Positions 54,442-64,000 of a stretch of DNA of 64,000 nt are shown piece after piece; the stretch's first letter is position 1, and the number at the start of each line of letters is the position of its first letter. Origin of the DNA: Stegostoma tigrinum (taxonomy: Eukaryota). Below the pieces are notes generated by a model. It had not been told where the DNA came from and did not search any database. It saw only the letters and a program-made list of their open reading frames with translations. A program made the translations under genes and the position numbers. Where the stretch lies: contig NC_081382.1 of assembly GCF_030684315.1 (NCBI RefSeq), positions 19,512,592 to 19,576,591 of the forward strand, read 5' to 3'.

Positions 54442-54542
54442 GAAAGAATCGCAGATTGAAGCAAGCAAAAGAGGAAGCTCAAGCTGAGATTGAGCAATAT
54501 CGTCTACAGAGAGAAAAGGACTTTAAAGCGAAGGAAAATGCT
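54442..54542 (+). CDS. ATP6V1G1: V-type proton ATPase subunit G1, exon 2
   Basis: Acceptor TTATAG|; (R)KNRRLKQAKEEAQAEIEQYRLQREKDFKAKENA; 101 nt; donor GTATGT. Confidence 0.97.
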
Positions 54543-55631
54543 GTATGTAATAAAAATATTAATTTAAGCTTGACAATTGCAGCAATTGAACTGAAAATCT
54601 ATGCATCTTTGCATAATTGCAGTATTTTCCAGATTTTAAGTGTTTTCCCATTCTGGGTCTCAAGATTGTTAAGAAATTTTTATGAAATTTTAAACTTGCT
54701 GGCTGTGTGTCACTGATTTCTTGAGGAAACAAATGATTGTTAGCTCTTGACCTTTTGTGAAAATCAAGTTAATTTCAACTTCCTCGGTTTGGAACTGAAT
54801 GGCAGGCCGACCATTCTGTTTCCAAAGCCCCATTCAGACTTTATGTAAGTGCGGTTGCATACTGATTGGCTGGGCTATTCTGTTAAATTTTAGCTTGTAT
54901 GCATGATTTTAAAAGTAATCTTGGGTTTGGTTATTAATCTCATCAGATTTAATTTTAGTTACGTGACAAATGGCATATTTTCTGAAGATGTAGGTTAATC
55001 ATGGAATTTCACATTGAAATATACCCTGATGCTGAAATTAAAAGTCTGGAAGTGAGACACTTCTCAAAAGATACTTGTGGAAATTGGGCAAAATATCCAC
55101 AACATTATGAAATTGTTTTTAGTGTAGCCAGACTAGAATACGAGGAAGTCAGTTAACCACTTGTGGCCGTGCCTCTTGTATGATTCAAGAAAACGGTAGC
55201 TGATCTGTAACTGCACATGCCCAAGTTTGCTCCATGCCATATAAATATTTTGCTTACAAAAACCTAGATCTCAGCTTTAAGCTTAAAGATTGATCTAATA
55301 TCAACTGTATTTGTAAATACTCTTTAGTTCTAGCACCCTTTGTGGACTTTTTTTGTAGAAAGCTTAATGTTTCTGTCACTTATGAAAAACCTAGCTGTAG
55401 TTTATTGTCTGTCCTATACTCAGCAATCGGAAATAGTTTCTCTCTTGCTACCATTATCTCTTAATAATATGAGTATTTGAATTAGGAGAGAGAGCAAGCC
55501 ACTTGGCTTTACGAGCTTGCTTTGCCATCATTCAGATCTTGGCTGATCTGATTACGCATTCCTGCTAAACCCCAAAACTTTTCACTCCCTTAATTATCAA
55601 GAATTTTCCTTGAGCATATTTCCAGAGAACA

Positions 55632-56078
55632 GGGATAACAAGGTGTAGAGCTGGATGAACACAGCAGGCCGAGCAGGAAGGCTGACGTTTTCGGCCTTGC
55701 CAGCCTTTATATTCAGAGGTTTAAAAATTTAGTCGTGGAATGATGTTACAGATATTGAAAGCACTGATCAGAACACTGAATACTGTGAGCAGTTCTGCAC
55801 ATTTCTTTAGAAATGAGAATACTAGCCTTAGAAGGAGTTTCCATGGGATTGCCAAGACAGAGGGGGAGAAAAAAAAACACATACTAGATTGTAATCCCTG
55901 GAGTTTAGAGGGCTAAGGAGTGATTGGATCAAAACTTAAGATATTGTACAAGAACAAAGAAATGTAGGGGATTACACTCAGCATGTCCCCTGCTCCTGTG
56001 ATGCTGCTTGGCCTGCTGTGTTCATCCAGCTCCACACCTCGTCTCAGATTCCACAGCATCTGCAGTTCCGACTACCTT
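55632..56078. mobile_element. Inverted PLE termini enclosing ~290 bp of CR1-derived sequence
   Basis: Minus arm 55632-55696, plus arm with tail 55989-56078; flanks TTTCCAGAGAA and TTTCCAGAAAA. Confidence 0.75.
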
Positions 56079-56604
56079 TTTCCAGAAAAAATCAGTTTTC
56101 TTTTGAGGAGGAGTTCCGAAGGTATGAACATCTGAGAGACAATGTCTGCTTATCTATTTTAAATGGCCATCTCCTGTTTTTTTTAATAAATAGTGACCCT
56201 TAGTTTTAGATTTCCTCACAAGAGAAATCGTTTTCTAGATCTATGCTGTTGAGACATCTCAATCTTTCATTTCAATCAAGTTGCTTCTTACTCTAAATTC
56301 CAGCAGATACAAACCTAACTTGTTCACTCCTTTACTCCTAATACAGCCTGTCAATTCCAATTATTAGTCTAGTAAAACTTCACTGAACTTCTTCCAATGT
56401 ATTTTCATCCTTTTAAATGAGGAAATCAATACTGAACAGAATACTGCTGAAGTCTCAACGATACCCTGTAAATCTGAAACGTAACCTCCCTACCTTTTGT
56501 ATTCAATTCTGCTTGCAATAAACAAGATACTACTTTTGGCTAGATAATAAAATGTGAGGCTGGATGAACACAGCAGGCCAAGCAGCATCTCAGGAGTACA
56601 AAAG

Positions 56605-56636
56605 CTGACGTTTCGGGCCTAGACCCTTCATCAGAG
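56605..56636 (-). ncRNA. Minimal hammerhead ribozyme motif, antisense copy
   Basis: Reverse complement of CTGATGAAGGGTCTAGGCCCGAAACGTCAG. Confidence 0.72.
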
Positions 56637-57372
56637 AGGGGGATGGGGGGAGGGAACTGGAATAAATAGGGAGAGAGGGGGAGGCGGACCGAAGATGGAG
56701 AGTAAAGAAGATAGGTGGAGAGGGTGTAGGTGGGGAGGTAGGGAGGGGATAGGTCAGTCCAGGGAAGACGGACAGGTCAAGGAGGTGGGATGAGGTTAGT
56801 AGGTAGCTGGGGGTGCGGCTTGGGGTGGGAGGAAGGGATGGGTGAGAGGAAGAACCGGTTAGGGAGGCAGAGACAGGTTGGACTGGTTTTGGGATGCAGT
56901 GGGTGGGGGGGAAGAGCTGGGCTGGTTGTGTGGTGCAGTGGGGGGAGGGGATGAACTGGGCTGGTTTAGGGATGCAGTAGGGGAAGGGGAGATTTTGAAA
57001 TTTTTGAGATTTTTCAAAATCTCCCCTTCCCCTACTGCATCCCTAAACCAGCCCAGTTCATCCCCTCCCCCCACTGCACCACACAACCAGCCCAGCTCTT
57101 CCCCCCCACCCACTGCATCCCAAAACCAGTCCAACCTGTCTCTGCCTCCCTAACCGGTTCTTCCTCTCACCCATCCCTTCCTCCCACCCCAAGCCGCACC
57201 CCCAGCTACCTACTAACCTCATCCCACCTTGACCTGTCCGTCTTCCCTGGACTGACCTATCCCCTCCCTACCTCCCCACCTACACCCTCTCCACCTATCT
57301 TCTTTACTCTCCATCATCGGTCCGCCTCCCCCTCTCTTCCTATTTATTCCAGTTCCCTCCCCCCATCCCCCT

Positions 57373-57404
57373 CTCTGATGAAGGGTCTAGGCCCGAAACG
57401 TCAG
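57373..57404 (+). ncRNA. Minimal hammerhead ribozyme motif, sense to ATP6V1G1
   Basis: CTGATGAAGGGTCTAGGCCCGAAACGTC^AG, identical to 14334-14363. Confidence 0.72.
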
Positions 57405-58315
57405 CTTTTGTACTCCTGAGATGCTGCTTGGCCTGCTGTGTTCATCCAGCCTCACATTTTATTATCTTGGAATCTCCAGCATCTGCAGTTCCCATTATCT
57501 CTGATACTACTTTTGGCTTTCCTGATTACTTTTGTTTTACTTTCGCTTGGCTCATTTAGGACCCATACATTCAGTCCTTCCACCAATGTCGTTCTTGAAA
57601 ATTGTAAAATGTTTGAGGTCTAGCACTGACCCCTCTGTCACATCACTTATTACACTTTGCTAACCAGAAAATAATCTGTTTATGTTCATGTTTTATTCCG
57701 TTAGCTGCTTCGTCTTTGGATACCCGTAACATCACTTCCATGCTTTAAATTTTTAACCTCTGAATATAAAGGCTAGCATTCCATTAGCCTTTAATTATTT
57801 TGTCTATTCATGACATTTTAAAATGATCAACCTTGTCCTCTTTGAGACCTCGCTGTAGTTTTTCCACAATTTAGCTAACCTTTTTGAACACCAATTTTGC
57901 TTGTACTGAAATACATTCGATATAGCTTTGTCCATTTATTTAAGCAATCAGTATCTCATTATGACTAATTAAATTTCTGCTTTGTTACTTGTTAAGTATC
58001 CTATTTGAAAGAGGCGGGACATTTATTTTTAAAGTTTTAGTAGTTTGATCTCATAGGGCAGGGGTGACAACCACTGTTCCTGGATCAGAAAAGAAATGTT
58101 AGGTTCTCGTCTCTCTCCTGATCTTGAGACAATCTCTCATTTGCTGGCAAATCAATTTTGAAATGGAATTTGATTTTTGGATATGTATTGGCTATGATCT
58201 TTGATAATCCATAAAATTTTCTGAAAGGAATGTGACTTTCCACTTCTGTGAAGAGTTCAATATGATTCTTGCTTATGGAATTGAAAATGCTTGATGTTTC
58301 TACATTCCTTTTCAG

Positions 58316-58489
58316 GCACTTGGTTCACATGGTGATTCTGCAACGGAAGTCGACAAAGACACCCAAGAGAAAATTAGGAACATTGGAGCAAGCTACGAAC
58401 AGAACAAGGAAGTTGTCTTGAATAATCTTCTTGGTTTAATCTGTGACATTAAACCAGAAATTCATGTAAACTTTCGCATTAATGGTTAG
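58316..58489 (+). CDS. ATP6V1G1: V-type proton ATPase subunit G1, exon 3 (terminal)
   Basis: Acceptor TTCCTTTTCAG|; ALGSHGDSATEVDKDTQEKIRNIGASYEQNKEVVLNNLLGLICDIKPEIHVNFRING*. Exons total 82+101+174=357 nt, i.e. 118 aa. Confidence 0.97.
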   Translation, partial: ALGSHGDSATEVDKDTQEKIRNIGASYEQNKEVVLNNLLGLICDIKPEIHVNFRING

Positions 58490-58514
58490 AACTGCAATGT
58501 AGTTTTGCCTTAGC

Positions 58515-59282
58515 AATAAAAATGATCATTGGAATAGCAACATTTTGTATTTACCATGATTATGCAAACTTATTTGTGCAGCACTTGTACTTCTCAATAA
58601 AATCTGCATCAGATGAATTTGGAAAAAGGGTAGTTTGAGTTTCTAATGTAAAATGTTCTTATTAATGTTGAATGTGAGTATTCCTTGTTTCTGTTAGATT
58701 TTCAGTCAAAACTGAAGGTGCTACAACTGTCATGAGTTCCTATTCACACAAAAAGGCAAGGTTATACCTTTAATAAACAAATGATAATTTTATGGAGGGT
58801 ATACAGGAGAACAATAACCTATAATTGTGTGCACTTGAAGTTTTTGAATCTAGAGAAGAATATGCTGGACATTTTTCTGAATTAAAAGCAATGAATTTAT
58901 TATTGCTTTGTCAATTGGTTCTAATATGGTGGACCAAATTACAACTGAGTGAAATTGTCTTCTGCAATTGAGTCATTTAATGGCCCAAAAATACTATAAA
59001 ATGTTCTTATTGGAGTAGTGTCTCTGTCATTTTAAAAATACGAGCTTGCCTTTAATGACTTTCCCTCCTGAATCAAAGCTGTTTAATTGTTCAAATGTCT
59101 TCTAGATTGTATTGAAATGTTTGATTTAGTTTATGCAGAATGATGTTACAGTACAGCAGTTTGGATCAGTTCTTAAAATTCTGTTTGAAATGCCTCCTTA
59201 TTGTATGCTGTTTGCTACTTTTATCTGTAAACCTTTGTGTTCAAGTAATTTATCTCTCTCCAAATAAATCTCTAGCAATAAA
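58515..59282 (+). terminator. Candidate polyadenylation signals of ATP6V1G1
   Basis: AATAAA at 58515, 58596, 58772, 59263 and 59277; which is used cannot be determined from sequence. Confidence 0.5.
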
Positions 59283-59989
59283 GCACTCAGTCTTCTCATT
59301 GTATACATAGATTTATTTGCTGCCAGATATTTTTCAAATACGCTTGTTGTGACTCTATTGTAAGTCTTGTGTCTATGGTGAATTATGGTACAACTTATTT
59401 AATCTCTAAAGGCAAATAAGGATAAAAAAGATATACTTTCTGCAATCCTATGGAAAAATAACTGATGGGGCTGTTAATATCCATGAAAAGACAGCAGAAC
59501 GAGTAGAGAACAAGGAGGGAAGTGGAGAGGAAAAATAGTCATCGACATAAGTTTCACACCTTGTATTATTGTCATTAACTGGTATCTGCAGTAAAATAAA
59601 CCCAGATTTTAGTGTAAACTACTCTTCAGTAAGTATTTGCAGGTTTTCTTCATGAAAACTTCGCAGTTTTTCTCAATTGCAGACTTTAGTTATAAGCATA
59701 GCATGATTTCATTTTGTCTTGGGCATGTACCAGGCACTCTGCCATCAAATTGAAATGGTTCTGTATTTGCCCCCCCCCCCCCCTCCTCATCGCTCTTGCC
59801 CCCCTGACAGACAAAAAAGTCAATTTGTAGTTGAAAACTCTCTCCTATTCTCACATGTTGGACACTATTATTTAATACTTTCCAGATGTTATTTATAAAA
59901 GGTGCACAACCTAGTGAAAACCTCAATGCCTGGACAATGTTCCTAGCGTTCCAGAATAAGAATCCTGTTTCCAGCTGCTTTATTAACTG

Positions 59990-60170
59990 AACACCAGTAG
60001 CCCGCTCTACAGAGGTAACATGATTTAGATTAAGGAGTTTTTTCGGTCCGTTTGCGCAATTCGCTTCTGGCAACCTGTGATAACGCGTTCAGAAAGCTGT
60101 CTTGAGTAATTTTTACACAGCCGAAGATAGGATGGTGAACAAGGATGCATTGTTAAAGTAGAGCGGGGGA
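59990..60170 (+). promoter_or_regulatory. Candidate TMEM268 promoter or first exon region
   Basis: Local CpG enrichment upstream of the first TMEM268 coding exon; C/EBP-type palindrome TTGCGCAA at 60052-60059. Confidence 0.35.
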
Positions 60171-61210
60171 AGTTTGAATTGTACCTGTTGCAACCTCATG
60201 ACTTGTTTGGATTTTTAAACAAGTTATTAAGTGTATTTTAAATTTACCGAATACAAAATATAGCTCTCCAAGTGAAATCTAAAGTCAGCTAGAGTGGAAA
60301 AAAAGAGCTAACACAAGCACTTAGGTTTTGCCACTGAATATCGCCTATCAATAAAATAAAAGGAAGGCAAATTTCAATTGAATTAATTTACTACATAATC
60401 TAGGTTTCAATCTTCGTAACTTTTGCGTTTTCAGAAATTAAGAAATTACACAGATCCAGTGTGTCTATTGCATTGATTTTGAAGATTGAAAACCCGCGCA
60501 CAATGTTTCCAGTGTTCTGGGAGGCATTGCACCACTCCCCCCACCTGAAACATCACTATTTTATTCCTATTTCTCGGTGAATAGATCATCAACCGCGTAA
60601 CGATAACATCGCAGCACTTGACTAATCGAATGGGTGAGGTCATTTTAAGAACATGGCTATAACTTAGACAATATAAATGTATGTGTAGGTATCCATCCCT
60701 GCCTTATTCCTCCAGTGGCAGTCAATTATATCTTCAGTTTGAGTTAGGTTTTACGCGAAATAAACATATACTGCTTGATAGTATATATATGCTGTTTAGT
60801 GGAAACTAGACAAACTTATGCGGAAAATGGCAGATTTAAAGATAAAATGGTGGTACTGGAGCTCGAGTGGATGATAAATATGGGAGGAGAATAATTAAGC
60901 TGGATGTCTGTTTCGGTTTGAATTTCCGACATCAGATTGGTCATTCTATCAGATGTCATATTGCAGTTTGGAGAGCAGTATAGTTGAAGCACTTTGTTTA
61001 AAGGTTTGCCTCTCTATCGTGGGGTGATCTGACGTTACTTTCTGCATTTTGTCACCGGGCAGGTTTGATTATTGATGAGTTCACGGATTAATGAATTCTC
61101 AATCCTTTCATTAGCAGGAGTGGACATGCCGAGAAACTGGTGGGGGTGGTGTTCAACGAGCCGCCGTTGATGGGAATGAGGAAAGACAGGTCTCATCCAT
61201 TTGTAGAAGT

Positions 61211-61289
61211 ATGGCTTATGGAATAGAGCACAATTCTCATACCGTTTCTACAAGGCATCTTCCAGCAGAACGGGACGGCTGGTTGAAAG
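61211..61289 (+). CDS. TMEM268: Transmembrane protein 268, probable first coding exon (exon acceptor at about 61114/61117)
   Basis: MAYGIEHNSHTVSTRHLPAERDGWLK plus 1 nt. Donor AAAG|GTCAGG (phase 1) joins in frame to the exon at 63625; ends 'GWxx' like the human exon. Start codon uncertain. Confidence 0.6.
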
Positions 61290-61817
61290 GTCAGGTCTGT
61301 GTACTTTCCACAACAGTTGTCAGCAGTGATTGAACTGGAGATGTCGCATCTGTTGTTGTGCATTTCAATATTGATTGGTTCAATCTAATTTTTAAAATGT
61401 ATTTTGGGATAAATTATTTGAAGTCTGTCTAAGCTATATAGTAATGTAGTAATAATTGTACTTAACTGACAATGCTCAGTGCAAACAATTGGATTCTAAA
61501 ACTGAGTATCATTAATGAAAAGAATTTTGCCACTTGTTCAGGCTGGAGTTTATGGAAAGGTCATACAGAGTCCTCTTTAAGTAGAGGATAAGGGAAGAAC
61601 CTGAGCAGTTAACCAGCTGATTCACCACAAATTACTGAACTTGGTCTGCTGTTCAATATTGCCCCGAATACAGCCCAAAATGCACTTGACAGACCCTCAT
61701 TGGTCAGAAGGTTGGGTGTTCAGGCTCTACTCCAGCACCAAAAACTTGTATTTAGACAGTATCTTTTAAACCTAACAAAATCCTTCAAGGAATTTTGAAG
61801 AACGTTATCAGCACTAC

Positions 61818-62103
61818 AGGCTGCATGCTGGCTCCGTGGTTAGCACTGCTGTCTCACAGCACCAGGGACCCTCGGGTGACTATCTGTGTGGAGTTTGCAC
61901 ATTCTCCCTGTGTCTGTGTGGGTTTCCTCTGGGTGCTCCGATTTCCTCCCACAGTCTAAAGATTTGCAGGCTAGATAGAATGGCCATGCTAAACTGCTCA
62001 TAGTGTTCAGGGATGTGTAGATTAGGCGGGTCTGGGTGGGATGCTCTGTGGGTCGGTGTGGACTTGTTGGGTCAAAGGGCCTGTTTCCACACTGTAGGGA
62101 TTC
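61818..62103 (+). mobile_element. HE1-like SINE
   Basis: GGCTCCGTGGTTAGCACTGCTGTCTCACAGCACCAGGGACCC...TGTGTGGAGTTTGCACATTCTCCC. Confidence 0.85.
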
Positions 62104-62357
62104 ATGGTCAATGAACACTATCAAACCACAATAGAAACTAGGTTAAGATAAGGGCATATTAGGACAGGTTGAACAAAGATGTAGCTTTAAGGAATTTCTC
62201 AAAGGAGAGGAGAGGGATAAAGAGGTGAATTCCAGAGCTCAAACCTTCAAATATTTCATTGAGTGAAGGGTATGTCAGGCTGTCACTGCACCAATCCATG
62301 ATAGCACTAATTAATATAAAACTGCTTCATACTACATGTATCTCTCCAAACTGGACT

Positions 62358-62940
62358 TTTTTGTTCATTCGTGGGATGTGGCCATTGCTGGCTAGATCAG
62401 CATTTACTGCCTATCTTGAATTGCCTTGGAGAAAGAGGTAGTAAGGTACATTCTTGAAAGGCTTCAGTTCTTGGGTGTGGGAACACCCACAGTGCTTTGT
62501 TTCATTATTTGTTCACAGGATGTGGGCTTTGCTGCCTGGGATAGCACAATGTTCATTCATAATTGACCTTGAGAAGGTGGTGAGCTGTCGTCTTGAACCA
62601 CTGCAATCTATTTGGTGTTGTTACACCAACAATACTGGTTAGGAGAGAATCCTGGATTTTGATTAATGACAATGCAACAAACACCAATATAATTCCAAAT
62701 CAAGATAGTGAGTGGCATGAAGGTGATCTTGAGGGCTTTTAAGTTCCTGTGTATCTCCTTCTCATTCCTTCTAAGTATTTCAACCAATCATAGAGTCATA
62801 CAGCAGGGAAACAGACCCTTTAGTCCAAATAGTCCATGCTGACCATGTTCTCAACTAAACTAGTTCCACCTGCTTGTATATGGCCCATATTGCTCCAAAC
62901 CTTTCCTATTCACGTACTTATCCAAATATCTTTTAAGTAA
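62358..62940 (-). mobile_element. Nested LINE 3' fragments (family-B-tail LINE twice, CR1 tail at about 62788-62938)
   Basis: TTCATTCGTGGGATGTGGCC.../TTCACAGGATGTGGGC... tails and a CATAGAGTCATACAGCAGGGAAACAGACCC CR1 end. Confidence 0.65.
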
Positions 62941-63624
62941 TCTGGAGATTGATAGTTCCTCCAGACTCAATGGAGCCTTAATAAAATTCTGCAGTGCATT
63001 TTGTAGATACTTTACACTGCTGCTACTGAATGGATTGAGTGAATGTTAAGGTCCTTTATATGTTTGTAGGATGATTATTCACACTTCATAAGTAATTAAA
63101 TGTCTAGTGTTATAAAAGCTAGTCTCGATTCAACACGCAGTGGTTTGCATGATATCTTTAACTTACAATTTAGTCACCTATATATTTGTGGCAGGTTTAT
63201 ATATAATAGAAGGCAGTGCTGTCCTGTTACTAATATGCCATATATAGATATCATCATACGATTGGCTTTTGGGTTTGTTACAAATTAGTTTCAAGTGGCT
63301 CCAAATTATAATTTGTGGTGATGAATGAATGATATATTTGAAATCATTGGATTAAAACATTTGGAGTTATGTAGTATAATAGCTTGTAACAGCATATAGC
63401 CAAATATTTTAGGCTAATCTATCCTATGATCCTTTCAATGTACAGTGCAAATGATATAAAATCTACATTAGATAAACACATAGCAAATAATGCAGATTAA
63501 TTGATGAGGTAAGTAGATGGGCCTGTTAAATCGTAATTGTATTTATTGGTTGCGTAGCATTGAATTAACTTTCAGATGTCGTTCATTTTGGTCATCATTT
63601 GATACCTTATTTTTCATATTTTAG

Positions 63625-63734
63625 TGCCTCAAAATGGTCAAGTGATTCTGGCTCTAAGCAGTAACAACTGCTGTTGGTCCCAAGATTTTGATATGGATGC
63701 CTGTGTGAGGAGGTTGGAGGGATTGGGATTTCAG
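63625..63734 (+). CDS. TMEM268: Transmembrane protein 268, next coding exon
   Basis: Acceptor TTTTCATATTTTAG|; (V)PQNGQVILALSSNNCCWSQDFDMDACVRRLEGLGFQ, donor CAG|GTACAG, 110 nt. Aligns with recalled human [36 protein letters not shown]; syntenic position. Confidence 0.85.
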
Positions 63735-64000
63735 GTACAGTATTTTTGTTACAACTAATTCCTTGTGCTAATCCTGCCCTGCTTGTCCCATTATTCAAGA
63801 GTATTTACATTTTGCAAAGAGATGCAAATAACTGAGAAGCCAAATTACAAGAATGTGAGTATCCAGTTCTTAATATGACAGGTGCTGACTGTCAGCGGCC
63901 TAGCTTTTGGTTCTGTAAATATTGCTTTGACTTTGTTTTGAGGGAGAAGTGAGTTCAGTTTGCAGCTCTTTCTCTTAATCATTTTATTCTTGTTGCAAAT

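Larger units (their letters stand above)
56542..57502. mobile_element. Young fold-back Penelope-like insertion (~455-bp inverted arms, 16-bp TSD) in ATP6V1G1 intron 2
   Basis: 56542-57000 is the reverse complement of 57012-57467 apart from a 3-nt indel and a few substitutions. Tail of 35 nt runs to 57502. GATACTACTTTTGGCT at 56526-56541 and 57503-57518. Confidence 0.96.

Noticed and set aside
56859-57153. Two nearly identical 91-aa ORFs on opposite strands
   Set aside because: A direct consequence of the PLE palindrome
59690-60073. 127-aa minus-strand ORF
   Set aside because: Non-ATG start, spans a C homopolymer, no recognisable family

Overview
Vertebrate genomic DNA, most likely from a cartilaginous fish (shark); this is inferred from the HE1-like and Deu-domain SINEs and the CR1 and Penelope repeats. 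Three genes keep the human 9q32 order. WHRN (whirlin) has its first coding exon on the minus strand (982-581). After about 50 kb of repeat-rich intergenic DNA comes a complete three-exon ATP6V1G1 (50906-58489, 118 aa), then two coding exons of TMEM268 (61211-61289, 63625-63734). The most unusual signal is a set of Penelope-like retroelement (PLE) insertions that carry a minimal hammerhead-ribozyme motif and recur as fold-back (palindromic) insertions with long target-site duplications (TSDs). These include a near-perfect ~455-bp-stem hairpin in ATP6V1G1 intron 2 and one copy enclosing sequence that matches DNA 2 kb away. Also present: a locally templated hairpin insertion at 34003-34192, a 3-kb two-domain poly-C minisatellite in ATP6V1G1 intron 1, tandem CLEAR boxes, an RFX X-box and a strong CTCF motif. 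Repeat boundaries are approximate and read by eye; family names come from recall, not database searches.
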